Positions 13,428 to 26,760 are shown, counted from the first letter of the stretch. The stretch: DNA of 64,000 bases from Octopus sinensis (GCF_006345805.1 NW_021833451.1:1-64000), one strand, 5' to 3'. A program made the numbers and translations. Notes: generated by a model from the letters alone, not told the origin.

Positions 13428-13905
13428 ATGCCTGTAGTGAGACTATATAAGGAAACACAAGAAAAAATCAAAGAAATGAAGTACCCCAACTTTGATACAT
13501 CGTCAATCAAGTGGCATGAACGATACAGGCTCACAAAATTGGGAAGGAATTTCTATTTTGAAAATGGAAAAACATATTTTCGGAAGAATGGGCTTAAATT
13601 GCGTTTTTTCTGTGAAGATGAAATCGAATTAAAGCTTAAGTGCGTTGAGGTGCAACTTAATAAATACAAGTTAGGCGGAACATAACCATAACCACTTTGG
13701 GAGAGACCGACTTTTTTCGAAATTAAGAAATCTCTATTATGGATTGAATAGAGAAGAAATCTCTAAGGTGATTTCGCTTTGTGCTTTCTGTCAAGTAATA
13801 ACTCCTTTCAGCAAATATTTTTAGTCGAAAAAATTATTGTCTACGGAGGCTCCAATTACGCCAATCATTGCAATCGATTGTGTAACTAATGAGAAACTCA
13901 AGTCA
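13428..13905 (+). mobile_element. Ginger/GIN-like integrase transposase, 5' part, with two tiny introns
   Basis: Removing GT-AG introns 13650-13674 (25 nt) and 13795-13824 (30 nt) yields EAEHNHNHFGRDRLF..LYY..I.KVISLCAFCQSKKL..PITPIIA, an HHCC zinc finger. Confidence 0.75.
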
Positions 13906-14197
13906 CATGATTTTTATTGATGCATGTTATTATACAAAAAATAAATAGCATTTAAAATTAAAAATTATATGCTTTTTAACAAAATTAAAAAAGAATTATT
14001 CCATATTCAATTTTATATTAAAAAAGTAAAAATAGCATTTTAGCACCTAAATTGCCTTACTCATAACTTTTTCAAAAATAAAGAAAATAAATAGTAAAAT
14101 GCTCACAAAGGCTGCCAATTCAACTTATTCGTTGTGTAAACTTAGCTTTTTGAGAAAGTTGGAAAATAGAGCTCTGCATCAAAAACACAATTATTTA

Positions 14198-14954
14198 TTA
14201 AATATAACATCGACGAGCACGATCAAGGGAGAAACGTCGAAGGACATTCCGAACATCGCGAGTAAAGCGAAGGGCGTCAAGGAATGGTAGAACATCCAAT
14301 AAGTGAGTATCGAGGACATCGCCCATCCAAGACTTAATCAAAATCGAGTTTTGAGGGAAGGAATGGTGAATGAACAGGGAATCGTCCAAAATAAAAATAG
14401 AGGACAAGTCATTGCTGATCATACGAATGTCCTTGAATATATTATTCCTCTCCAACGAACAGTGCTGTCATAGAGACAAGGAGATAACCAAACGATGAAA
14501 GACAGAGCAGAAGACGGTCGAGTCCTCATCCAGTAGTTGGACTACTCTCCTAGCATATGCTTCCTGTGCGGCCGTGAAAACAACAACGTTGTACCACCCA
14601 CTGATCTGGCAATTAAAATGGGTCACTAACACATGAAAGGAATTCTTGCACGTGGGGTCGTTTGAGAATGTAAAAGTCTTCGAGTCCGTCCTTCGAGAAG
14701 TTCCTTACTGAGTGAACCAATGTCTCGTCCAAGTCGAGGACAATTGTCTTTCTCCTCACTTCATCTGAGCATGTTAGACATAAAAACAGACACAGCCTGG
14801 ACGTGGAGGATGCACTCAAAGGAGATTCTATATAATTGGGAGCCTGTGGTATAAACCACGTGGATACCTGACCTGGACGAAGTACTTGTGATAAAACAAT
14901 CACCAAAGTACAGAACAAGTCTAAACAACAAGCACAGATACGGCCAAGAGTCAT
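14198..14954 (-). CDS. CTDNEP1: CTD nuclear envelope phosphatase 1 (Dullard), HAD/FCP1 family
   Basis: KTIVLDLDETLVHS, KRPHV, VVFTA and ILDDS..IKSW..D..LL..LPFLDALRFT.DVR.VL. Hydrophobic N-terminus. Introns of 24 nt (14844-14867), 27 nt (14765-14791), 25 nt and 24 nt. Confidence 0.85.
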
Positions 14955-15378
14955 TTAAATACTATTTTTAGTTATTAGTTCTATTAATATAATCAAATAT
15001 TGTTGTTATTATTTCAAAATGTTATTAATGATAACTACAAAAGCATTTTTCCACTTTTTCTATTAGAATCAACTTGCGTACGTTCACCTAATGAGGCTAT
15101 TTCTCCACCTATCATACACAAAAACACGATTCTTGCTCCCCACCTCATTTTCGTGTCTACCCTTATTTCCCACTACAGATTGTTCCTTAATGTGGTCAAC
15201 TGCCTTCTTTTCAGTGATTGAATTTATGTTTTCATATCTATGTGCACGCGGTATTTTAAAAAGACTGTTTTCCTATTTTAGTAATCCTACCATTTGACCC
15301 CATAAAAAGATGCTTTCAGACTAGACTTGCCGTTATTTGGGGAATAGCAAATAAATAAAATTAAATTGTATCATAGCA

Positions 15379-17240
15379 TCATGACTTTTCAATCTCATCG
15401 ATGGTCTCAGGTAAATGTCTTTGGTGTGTCTCGGGCAGAAGGAATACCAAAGCACTGCTGAGAAGGCTCAGTATTCCAAAACATGATCTGGCCACCACTT
15501 CCATATTAGTCTACAAATATAAAGCTCACAATACCCCTGTTTGAGAAGCCGCGAGAATGGTTGTTGCCAATACCCCTCCTAGTCCTTCGGCAACTTTGAA
15601 CACCCCGTCGGATATACTCCTGACGTGGCATACCCAACATTACCTAACAGGGGTCGGCATTATTTCCGAGGAAACCAAGCCGATGATCGAGTAGGCTGCA
15701 GTTATCCCAAACTTACCGACTATTGTACTTCCCAGAGCTACGTGTTCAACGTTTTTCCAATTTACTTATAAATTAATTATTACATTTACCGATTTCTGGA
15801 ACCATAAGAGAAGCCAGTATATTACATAAACCAGTGATTAAATAAAGAATTGAAATGGCCCGTCGACCCCCTAATCTGGTGGAATTGCGATTTATATTAT
15901 TTTTAATTAAGCTTCATAATATGAACTTTGAATTAAGTGCCATTGCAAGGATGTATGCGGGGATTTCCACAACCGCGCTGAGAGTCATATTTAAATAAAA
16001 GTTGCCCTTGAAGTTCCCAATAGAATAAGTCAATCCAAAATAGACAATGGCAGTGACCATCCTTATACGTCACAAGTTGAAAGCTAACCATATAAACATC
16101 AAAATAAATGAAAATAGACGCATTTTGGGTGTCCGAAATAAATCAAAATGAGTGTGTTTCCTCGTTGGTGCATTCTGAACAGCTCTTCCAAATCAAGTAG
16201 AGATCTTACAAAGTTTCATCACGACAGAACTCTTCAAAGGGGACACGTCTCTTTCCCGCAGCCTTTAGAATTGTTTTTTTGGCACTTTGATATTTTCTGC
16301 GTGAAATAAGCCACACGACCGATTCAGGCATACCCCTAGATTAATGGAAAAAACAAGAAACCAAATAAACAGAACAGGAATCAGTCCAAATACCCCCAGA
16401 CATACTTGAAAATATATCCAATCGGGGGTCAAATACCCAACTAACACTAAACTCAGCATTCCGACACTCCACAAAGAAACCATTGGAATAAAAGCCTTTG
16501 CTCGTTGGGACCGAGAAAAGGATTCACTGAGGTATATATAGGCCAAATTAGACGACATCTAATGTGATTAGGTTAAATAACTCTATTGGTCATGCCAATA
16601 AAAAATCGAATGGCAATATAACTTTTCAACGAAGAAATGAATATGATTCCAAAGTTGAACACGCTCTGTAGCATTAGAAGGATAATGATTGGCCATTTCC
16701 TTCCATACCAATCACCCAGAGGCATGAAAATAAACCCAACCACAATTGCTCCAGACATGTAAGAGGTGTCGGCCAATTGTAGGAGATAAGCATTTTCGCA
16801 CACGCCATTAAACTATTTTTTAATCAAATAACTTACTTTCGTGGTGAGCGTGGGTTTGTGTGGCGTAGTGAAATCCCACCCCTCAAAACCGCATGGTTGA
16901 GTAGTGTTTGTTTTATTTCCGAAATATACGTATTTTTGACACTTGGAAGGATTTCCCTCCTCATTTAAAGGAATGTATTTTTCGATGGATAAATTTTCTT
17001 AATTTATTAAAATTTAAACGTGCCAGAGAGTTTGCAGTGGTATGACTCTGGGGTACGGCCAATAAAAATTGAACTCAACAAATTCCAGGATCCATTAATG
17101 GTAATAAAAGCGACGATAGAAAAAACAACAAAATGAAAAAATGTATATTTTCTTAGCCAGTCATAAAACTTGGAAATGTCAATTTTTCCTATCTCGTCTG
17201 AGTCGCTGCTGCTTGTTTGAATTGAAATATTTTCAATCAT
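15379..17240 (-). CDS. SLC22 organic cation/anion transporter (MFS), multi-exon
   Basis: YHC in the first loop, F.GVCEN, LGDWYGRK, YIYLSESF, FLLPET..RHLPETIDE then stop. Multiple TM segments and short introns. Confidence 0.88.
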
Positions 17241-17458
17241 TATCAAAAAATTAGTCACTAGAAAATGGGTTTTAATTGTTATATTTTTTATGGTTTAATA
17301 TTACATTTTTGTTAGTCAAAAAGACTTTTATTTAAATGAATTAAAAATTCTAGTTTAAAATGACTATTTTCAATTCCAAAAAACCAGTTAATTTTATTTA
17401 TTATTTAATCTTACCTATAAATAAATAAATAAAATAAATAAATAAATCTCACCTATAC

Positions 17459-17902
17459 TCAAGCCTTTTGTCCATCGTGTGCTGAGAGCCCGGGATTGTC
17501 GTCTGGATAATACCAGCTGGGAAGAGTGAATGGTTCTTTTCTCGATGCTTTAGGAGCATTCTGTGCGCCTCCAGATTTGCAATAACTGGTGAATTTGCAA
17601 CAATAACTGGTGAACCACATGACGTAATTAACACGTTAATTGATAAAATGAATACAAATTCACTTGCTTCTTAATGGCTTCTTAGCCATCCAACAAGACC
17701 ACCTGCCAAAGGACTTTAACAACAAGAAGCACATCACCCCGATACAATTCCTCTCAAAAACTGTTCCCCGCCCGTCCCGCACTTGCGTTGGGTCCAGAGT
17801 CCAACATCGGGAAAAACTGAGAAGGATTTTGAGGATTGTTGGAATCACCTAATTAATTACCCTAATTAACTGTTGGTGATTCTTGGGTTAAATAATAATA
17901 AT
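17459..17902 (+). mobile_element. Short retro-insertion with (TAA)n tail
   Basis: Flanked by AATCTCACCTATAC (17445-17458, 17903-17916). 3' stem-loop AATCACC..GGTGATT followed by a TAA tail. Confidence 0.55.
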
Positions 17903-18149
17903 AATCTCACCTATACATTTTATCCATTATTGATTCTTAAAGATATTAGTAAATAGACTTTATCACGGACAGTGCGTGTGACATAAACGAGTAAGGGGTT
18001 TCTAAGTTCCAATCCCGAGAGGGAAATGGCTGGCGAATATATATTTGGAAAGTGAATTGTCTTTTTATCCTTAATGACTACCTTTTGGAAACTGATATTT
18101 TATTTGAAGTCCAGATAAAATTGATTTTTAATTATTGCGTCTGCTTTCA

Positions 18150-18620
18150 GTCGATTCTCCTCCTCTTTGAGCCCGAGCAAATGTCTTCGACGGGTACACT
18201 TATTCATTTTACAGGGCAGGTCACTTTTGTGATTGCATGCTTTGCCGCTGTAGGAAGGAGTTTATACTCCGGGAGCATGCTTTCCAATGTTATCTCGATC
18301 ACGATTGACTGGATATATGCTCGCGTAGATTCCTGGACTTGTAAGGAGTTCTGGTAGTGTTTATAGAATCTGGATGTTATTCCATCCCACGTAATAATCA
18401 ACGGTACGACATTCATCTTTGCATTATGGATTACCTTCAATTCGTTTGCCAAAAGTCATATTTATGTAATTTCTCAACTTCCACATGCTTGAGAAGTAAT
18501 CCCAATTTCGATCAGCGTAATGATGTTCCAAACTTTGTCGTAGAAAAAAATGTCCGGTTTATTATTATTGACTATAGTATCCGTCTTGAGTTTTGGTTAA
18601 GAAGGTCTCGAAAGCATGAT
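18150..18620 (-). mobile_element. R4/Dong-like REL retrotransposon, 3' fragment
   Basis: Frameshifted NKPDIFFYDK..LIEIGIT..EKLHKYD, then ANEL..VVPLIITWDG..YIQSIV. Confidence 0.7.
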
Positions 18621-18769
18621 GATTGAGCGCACACAAGGAATGAAAATATATGAATACCTCCTACTTGCTGACGAACTTGTAAAACTGGCACGCGGAAAAA
18701 ACATTCCAACGAACTCTATTTAGTGACTGACTTTTTAATAGGGAACGAAAGGAAGAGAGAAGTAGCCGT

Positions 18770-19471
18770 CTATAAGAAGATAGATGGCCCACGACTTGGA
18801 TTGAAAACCAGTTTATTTTGATAACATGGTCCCTTGAATTTAATTATTGACCTCAAAAATAAATAACGCAAATTTATTGAGATGATTATTACAATATTAA
18901 TTAAACGGTCTAATGGCAAATTGACAGAGAGTACTGCAGTTTTTTGAATCAGTGGCCAAGCCGAGTGTTCCATCAAACCTGACACATATAACATTCCCGG
19001 GGTGTGATATTGAAACTATTTTACAATACACGGAAGTGACGGGAGTGACCAAGTACTTGGCAGATGGAGGAATTGGCATCTCGGGGGACTAGACAGGGTA
19101 ATCAACCGAACAGTCACAATCCAGACAACCCCGACTGACATGTCCTCACACACGACAAGGTAATTGAAATTGTTGTGAAATGAATAGGTTTTGTTGTTTT
19201 TTATGACAGTCCAAACATCTGAGGAATTATCATGACTATACTGAAGGCATCCCCTTCGTCTCTTCCATTGGGGGACACTTGTAGTTGACTATTTTGGACA
19301 ACAATCACTTCGAGGAACCTTTCGGTTGTTCGTGAAAGAAGTCGTATTTTGTCGCTGGTTGAAAGATGGTCCTTCCAACGTTATAAATACTATCATTACA
19401 ACAACAAAGTGTCCGGTTCGTAGATTTATTAGTGAACTAAACCAATTTGTAATCTGATCCATCAAATACAC
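18770..19471 (-). CDS. Putative multi-exon beta-trefoil (FGF/fascin-like) protein
   Basis: A 23-nt GT-AG intron joins LQVSPNG..DAF to NVWTV..YLVVCED. Downstream are RCQF and GNVICVRFDGTL..CQF, with a hydrophobic N-terminal stretch. Exon joins uncertain. Confidence 0.3.
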
Positions 19472-19717
19472 CTAAACTCTATTTTAAACTTTTATTAACA
19501 AATCTAATTTCTAGCTTACAATAACAAAATTACAATCAGGTTTCTACAATTGAAAAATTAATTGTTTTCGGTGTCATGACGGGGCACTCGACGGACAAAA
19601 CGACACAAGTTAACAAAAGTATTCATGTACGTTTACTGTCACTATCTAACTCCAAACAACGAGATTATACTGCAGTAAGGCGTTGACTACACTGAATTGA
19701 TCATTTGTTGTCTATAT

Positions 19718-20686
19718 TTTCAGACTAAAGATTTACCAAGAGAATGCCTCCACATATTTATGCACTCGATATGATGAGACCTGTGGGCTGTATTATTCTC
19801 AGTGAATGATTTACTCAATCAATGCCTGGAAGAACTTTTTTAATCAACCCACACTACGATTAATTTCAAATTCTGTTGTGTGATGTAATATACTGACACA
19901 GGTAGTACAATCCTACTCTTGTTGAAGACTTTTGGTTATTCACCTCAGTTATTCAAGAATGAGTTTTCTATACCTTTGTATATCATTACAGCTTCTTAGT
20001 TCGAAAACGGGTGAAATCTTTTTTCTATTTTACGTACCATTTCTTATGACCTGACATTGAAGAATGTCGAGTCGTTTACAATCAAATTTATAATATTCCA
20101 TAGAATAAAGTCTCGAATGAACGCGTTCACCTAGAATTAACATTTCAGACGGATTGATGAGAGTCGTCATTTTTATTATTTGATGACAAATTCACTATTA
20201 AGTAATTATTTTCAATGTTTCTGATTAGTCATCCATTCATTACTGAGGCACTCTTCTATTTATTTTATTGAAAAAAAGTGTTGTAATGCAATATTTACTA
20301 AACATTTTAATTTCGCAAGATGATATTTATTATGTCGCGAGCGCAGCGCGCGACCGAGCGCTAGACGCAACTTTGACACCTAACAAGCCTATCATCAACA
20401 AATATATTTATTAAATTATTTAAAATTTTAACATGATTTAAAATTAAAATTGAAATAACTTAAGTTTTCCATTGAATCCCATAAAATAATTTATAAGTAG
20501 ACCTTAATAGAAAAAGTAAAATCAATGAATACTGAACGCTAATTTGGTTTAGGTTGTGAGGGGGGTAATAATTTGACAGATCTCATTGCTATTTTTTCGT
20601 TTTAATCTCTAAAATTAGGTCTTCTAATCAAAAATGAACTGTGCAGACAGGCTTGCTCCTTCAGAAGATTCTTGTTTTGACATTTT
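19718..20686 (+). repeat. Direct repeat X, near-identical to 25318-26284
   Basis: Read side by side from TTTCAGACTAAAG to GACATTTT; only scattered differences. Confidence 0.95.
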
Positions 20687-21645
20687 CTACCAATTACTCC
20701 ATTTCACCACGCATTATTATTGGATTGCCCGGCAACATCGTGTGAAGTAGAAAGATCATTTTCTATTCTTCACAAAATTTTAACCAAAGATAGAAATTTC
20801 CTACCTGAAAATGTTAAATATTATTTAATGTTGTGCTTTAATAAATAAATTTCTGTTTCTTAGGGCAACTTTTTATGCATATTATGTCAACTTTTTTATT
20901 TTTTAAAGCAATTTAGTTGACTTTTAAGGTCAATTTTTACATTTTTAAGAGCAACTTTCCGGTTGCCCTACTTATAAGTAGATTGTTCTAAAACACGCTT
21001 CGGCAAAACGCGGCCCGCCAAGAAATTTTTCCAACTAACATGGCCCGCGGGCAAATTAATATTTATATATAAATTTTATCTATTATTAAAAATTAAATAA
21101 ATTACTAAACGTGTTATAATTCTTTGTGGTAAATTTTATATGACGCTCAAGTGAAAATAATTCTACTGGTTTTGACTTGGGACGGGCTCGTTTCCAAGTT
21201 TTTTAAGAATTACATTGAAATCTTGGCTATCGAAGACGGAATTCAGTCTTATATACAGTCAATTGTGTTGAAAAACCTTGGAGAGTATGATTGTCGAGTA
21301 CAGGCACGGGATAAGAGTCACTGAAGAGGAGATAAATTCAGCCAGTAGCCTCTTAATTGAGGCAAGTCATTCGTACGAAGATGATATGTTGAATGAGTGA
21401 AAAAGAGTCGTAACTAACTTGGAGATAGAGGAGCATGGAGATTTGTTAGTTACTTCCTCTTCTAAAAAAAGGAGATTAACCTCCAGCGGACAACGGTCAG
21501 ATTAACATAAGTTAAATAATATTAACTTAATTAATCTATGTATGTTTTAAATTTTATTAAAATAATACTAAATTTAGTTAAAATATGCAAGCGTTCCATG
21601 AATTTTTTGCCCTACTGTTTTTACAGATAAAATCAAAAAAAATAA

Positions 21646-22513
21646 TTATATAAATTTATAAACAAAGTCTACTCTCATAAAAACAGCAGGAAATTTATTC
21701 CCCTTATTTGAACTGACTTTCTTAGCCTCCTCACTCGAATCAAAAATACAAGAATACGCCTCATCGTTAGCCTTACAGTAAACAAATATCCACCAACCAA
21801 TTCTTCCCCCATCTTTCTGAATAAATGATGACTTGATAACAGATCATTCATCCACTGGTAGAGTTCTTCGACATCCGTGATAGTATAAAGAATTCCCTAC
21901 CACTAAATAACCCATATCTAACCCCCACAGCCATAAGATAGGCCAGGTCGTCCACTGTACTAGAATTAACCAGTCTCCATTTATGCTTTGATTTTTTAAA
22001 CTGAGGGTCTGGAAAGAGGATGAAAACTCGCTCCAACTAAATTAATAGATTTTTATACCCAAAACCTGGCCTTTTGAAAAATAGTTAACTAGATATTTCA
22101 TGGCATTGGTTCTTATGCAGGCAATGTTTGACAATTCTCCTTCCTCTGCTTTCTGGACCCTCAGTGCTTCTATTTTCTGTCTGACAAAAGTTGAAACTTT
22201 TGCGTATTTCCATTCCGATTATTAATTTATCGGGAAAAATATTTGAGAGTTTAACTATTGATTATTTATAAATATATTTATTACAGAGAAGGCCTCCAAA
22301 ACCACAGCCTATGTCTACTATTTTGATTGAACTGCTCTCATTACAAGGTAGAGAGAGAGAACTGTATAGTGGTCTCCAATTCCATTCTGATGGTCTTATC
22401 GGACTATTTTAAGTTAAATGGGTAAAGTACATTTCAAAGTTGTCGTCCGACATTGGATTGCAGTGAGCCCTCTGACGGAAAAATTTTTTTTGAGGAAGTT
22501 TAACGTGGACCAT
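21646..22513 (-). pseudogene. METTL1: METTL1 duplicate; appears frameshifted relative to copy B (could be assembly error)
   Basis: Same exons as 41589-42461, but 2 fewer T in the run near 22197 breaks IRKKVSNFV. Confidence 0.65.
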
Positions 22514-22619
22514 CACTAAATAAAATTAAAATATTTTAACAATTAATTTAAAGAAAATAATATTTTGGTTTAAATTAACCAATTAACCAAGAATTAGAAT
22601 AGAATAGACTGCCTATCGG

Positions 22620-23405
22620 GGTTTGTGGAACTTAGAAGGGGAGTCCCGCAGGGTTCTATCTTGAGTCCACTTCTGTTCAACCTCTTCTTGGCGGACATTC
22701 CTCTGCCGTCGATACGTACTGGCAAGCTCGTCATCTATGCTGACGATATCCTGGTCATGGATACCTCGAAAAGGATATCGCAGTCTTGGAGACGACTTAA
22801 ATCATACATTGCAACGCTAAAGATGTGAACTATAGAGAAGGGTTTGATCCTAGCACCGGAGAAGAGCACCATTTCATGGTTGCGGAGAGGGAGTCGCTAT
22901 GCGGAGTCGTGTGCATATGCCATGAGTAGTTATGTGATGGATCTCTCAAAAAGCAAAAATCTTTCTTACCTGGGAGCAACCATCAACTGTCGTAGCTTGT
23001 ACGCAGATCATATAGCAAATCAGAGAAAGAGGAGTGTGAGGATCCTCAAAAGCTTAACCAGGTTCCATCTAGATCCGGAAACGTACATCTACGTATACAA
23101 AACGTGTGTCCAGCCAGTCCTCACATATGGCTACGAGGGCTGGTACGGTACGGAGAGAGTGACTACCTGATCGAACAGTTGGAAAAGACAAGACGTTTCG
23201 CTATAAAATTGGCTTACGGAGTACAACTTGACGGAAGGTTAAAAGACTCACAAGAATCCTCTGTGTCCACGATCCGGATGGTCTTGGAGAATTGTTGTCA
23301 ACTATGACTACAATTGGGGATACGCATGGAAAGAGACACTTCGGTGCCTGTTTTTATCTCCCCGTTAATGATTTCTTCCTTGTTTTTCTTTTCGGTCAAT
23401 AAATA
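22620..23405 (+). mobile_element. Jockey-like LINE RT 3' fragment (copy A)
   Basis: RRGVPQGSILSPLLFNLF, IYADD, YLG, YKTCVQPVLTYG. 3' UTR shared with 43270-43355 and 48678-48770. Confidence 0.85.
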
Positions 23406-23434
23406 CTATTCTAAATTAATTTTCTAATTTTCCA

Positions 23435-25085
23435 ATGATCGGCTATATTTTCAAAGTAATTAAATATTCTAACAAATATTGTTCAAAAAAACATGGATTG
23501 ATTGAAAAAGACCCCACTGAGATAGACTTGTTCTACTCTTGCCTGTCTGAATCTTATTCTGAACTTGTTTACTCGTCAATAACTATCATTGCCTGCGACA
23601 TTAACGCCAAATTGGGATTACGAAGAAGCCTGGGTAAAACCTTCATGGGAAAACACGGGAGGGGAATAAGGAACGTGGCAGGAATATTACTCGCCGATTT
23701 TTGTCAGGTAAATTTTGCCGATTTTTGTCGGTCTATTCTTTTGCAACACTGCATTCATGCACCCCGCAAGACACAAAACTACTTGGATAAATGACAAAAA
23801 TTGAAGACGAATTGCAGATTCCGCAGAATTAGCAGAACTAATCGCCGGCCACTTCGAGAAACTGTTTAGATTTAACAGCAAAGGAATTGATGGATATACC
23901 GAGCATCCCAGGAAATTGGAGTTGGAAATAACTCCTGCAGAAGTGCAAAGAGCATGTGCTAAACTCAAAAACAAAAAGCCCAGGACCAGACGACTAGGAC
24001 CAGAGCTACTCAAGTATGGAAGTGAAAAACTAAATGTCCTCATTGCGGACCTCTTCGACGGAATGTTTAAAACAAAAACCATTTACCTCTTGGACAAGGG
24101 ATACTGGTCTCTGTCCAAAACCAAACAAAGCTAAGGGAAAAGTGGAGAATCTGAGGCCAGTAATTCTTATGAATAGCATACGGAAAGTTCTTGCAATCAT
24201 TACGCTAGAAAGAATAAAACCTCGCACCGAACTATTATATCCGCTTTCACAGCGGATTTCGGGAAGAAAGATCGACTTCTGACATCGTGTGGACTTATAG
24301 ATGGCATTGTTCCACCATTCAAAGGTTTAAAAATGCGACATACATTCTCGGCATATATATCTCAAGAGCTTTTGACTCGATTAATCGTCAGAAATTAATG
24401 AAAGTTCTTTGCAGGATTTCTTGATGAATCTTCTATTCTGATGATCAGGGCACTCTTATCAGAAACCTATCTATCGGTCAGGGTACGAGACAAGTGCTCT
24501 AAACCATTTGAAACAACATCTGGAACACCTCAAGGGGATCCGTTATCTCCTATACTGTTTGTTATATATCTGGAAGCTGCATTGAGAGAACTAAAACCAT
24601 ACTATGAAAGAAAGATCAATTTGTGGAATACGCAGATGACGTGGATTTTATTTCTTCCGACAGGGACCCTCTGGAAAGCCTACTGGAGGTGATGCTAGAT
24701 AGACTTGCTGAGTGGTTCCTCAATGTAAATGTGGAAAAAACAAAATTTACTGAACTAGCAAGACAGAAGTCTAAGCTGGACAAACATTGGAGAAAAGTAA
24801 GAAACTCGGATCTCTATTGGGTGACGAACAATACGTGATTATGCGAAAAAAACATGCAAACAGTGCACTACGCAGCTTAAAGGAAAATTGGCTAAAACGC
24901 AAAGGACTCGGCACAAAAACACGGATACGACTATACAATTCATTAGTGAAGCCTATACTCTTATAACGCCGGAACTTGGGGACTTTCCGCTACAGACAAT
25001 GAAAACCTAGACTCTTTCCATAGAGATCACCTCCGACGTACTCTAGCCTTTAAGTGGCATTCAAGGCTGAGTAGCAGAACACTAT
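23435..25085 (+). mobile_element. RTE-like LINE, decayed (copy A)
   Basis: APE remnant CDINAKLG, ENLRPVILMNSIRK, SGTPQGDPLSPILF, EYADD; several frameshifts. Confidence 0.85.
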
Positions 25086-25317
25086 ATGCCAGAACATCAA
25101 GCAAACCAATCTTGGTCGAAATATCGAATTTCTTCTAAAGTTAAGCTCCCAAGAACTTCTTTGCTTATCAAACTCACCCTTCTCCTTTTTGGAGACATTG
25201 AACCAAATCCTGGCCCCAGCAAGAAGAACCTATTACGTATCTTGCAGATCAATATCAATGGAATTGCTCAGAAGACTGCTGAACTTTATTCCTTCCTGGA
25301 GAAGCATGACGTGGACA

Positions 25318-26284
25318 TTTCAGACTAAAGATTTAACCAAGAGAATGCCTCCACATATTTATGCACTCGATATGATGAGACCTGTGGGCTGTATTATTCT
25401 CAGTGAATGATCTACTCAATCAATGCCTGGAAGAACTTTTTTAATCAACCCACACTACGATTAATTTCAAATTCTGTTGTGTGATGTAAATACTGACACA
25501 GGTAGTACAATCCTACTCTTGTTGAAGACTTTTGGTTATTCACCTCAGTTATTCAAGAATGAGTTTTCTATTACCTTTGTATATCATTACAGCTTCTTAG
25601 TTCGAAAACGGGTGAAATCTTTTTTCTATTTTACGTACCATTTCTTATGACCTGACATTGAAGAATGTCGAGTCGTTTACAATCAAATTTATAATATTCC
25701 ATAGAATAAAGTCTCGAATGAACGCGTTCACCTAGAATTAACATTTCAGACGGATTGATGAGAGTCGTCATTTTTATTTATTTGATGACAAATTCACTAT
25801 TAAGTAATTATTTTCAATGTTTCTGATTAGTCATCCATTCATTACTGAGGCACTCTTCTATTTATTTTATTGAAAAAAAGTGTTGTAATGCAATATTTAC
25901 TAAACATTTTAATTTCGCAAGATGATATTTATTATGTCGCGAGCAGCGCGCGACCGAGCGCTAGACGCAACTTTGACACCTAACAAGCCTATCATCAACA
26001 AAATATTTATTAAATTATTTAAAATTTTAACATGATTTAAAATTAAAATTGAAATAACTTAAGTTTTCCATTGAATCCCATAAAATAATTTATAAGTAGA
26101 CCTTAATAGAAAAAGTAAAATCAATGAATACTGAACGCTAATTTGGTTTAGGTTGTGAGGGGGGTAATAATTTGACAGATCTCATTGCTATTTTTTCGTT
26201 TTAATCTCTAAAATTAGGTCTTCTAATCAAAAATGAACTGTGCAGACAGGCTTGCTCCTTCAGAAGATTCTTTTTTGACATTTT
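25318..26284 (+). repeat. Direct repeat X', near-identical to 19718-20686
   Basis: Same comparison as for X. Confidence 0.95.
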
Positions 26285-26538
26285 TATAAATTATGAAGCA
26301 TTTAGATTTTTTCTCATTATTCTAAAATATCAATTATAAATTTTAAAATATTATTTTTATTTATGAAATCGGTTTTAAAGCTCATTCTGCTTTGGCATCG
26401 ATTTTAATTTTTGTTATCGAATATATTTAATCCCAAGTACAAGCATGGGTATTTGTCAATTTATAGATTTTTTGATTGATCGGATCTAGAAATTGAGTGG
26501 TCGCTCGCTGCGCTCGGTCGCTCGCTGCGCTCGCGACA
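25935..26538. mobile_element. Non-autonomous TIR element (MITE-like), TA-flanked
   Basis: TGTCGCGAGC(GC)AGCG..GCGACCGAGCGC at the left end and its reverse complement at the right end. The copy starting at 20333 is truncated at the X/A junction. Confidence 0.7.
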
Positions 26539-26589
26539 TATTACATTCTTTCAAGTAATACAATAAAGATTATAAATTACTGTAATTTA

Positions 26590-26760
26590 CTAGAAGTTAA
26601 CAAAGCCATCTATCCGAAGTGGACCCCGCCAACATAATTGACAATGCGTTGCCTCTCAAGATAGCAACGGAGATCAACTGGAGAAGCCACCGGGTCTCAC
26701 GTGTGTCGTGGCTTTTTAATGTGGCTAAGCGTCCAAGCTTCTTTAGGAAGCGATTAATTA
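26590..26760 (-). mobile_element. CRE-like REL 3' fragment
   Basis: RETRWLLQLISVAILRGNALSI. Confidence 0.75.

Larger units (their letters stand above)
10142..14059 (-). mobile_element. hAT transposon remnant hosting a Helitron and an integrase fragment
   Basis: Short TIRs CAGGGCAATTT / AAATTGCCTTA and 8-bp TSD CTCATAAC (10134-10141, 14060-14067). Minus-strand CQASSASVERAI dimerisation motif near 10410-10440. Confidence 0.8.
20687..25319 (+). repeat. 4.6-kb duplicate (A) of 40630-45274 (B)
   Basis: Same hAT end, REL fragment, METTL1, Jockey, RTE and 2A-LINE start in the same order. Differences are a few substitutions plus indels. Confidence 0.97.

Noticed and set aside
14844-14867. CTDNEP1 intron 1 donor GTATCC resembles a U12-type 5' splice site
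   Set aside because: Only 6 of 8 consensus bases, no CCTTAAC branch point, and 24 nt leaves little room.
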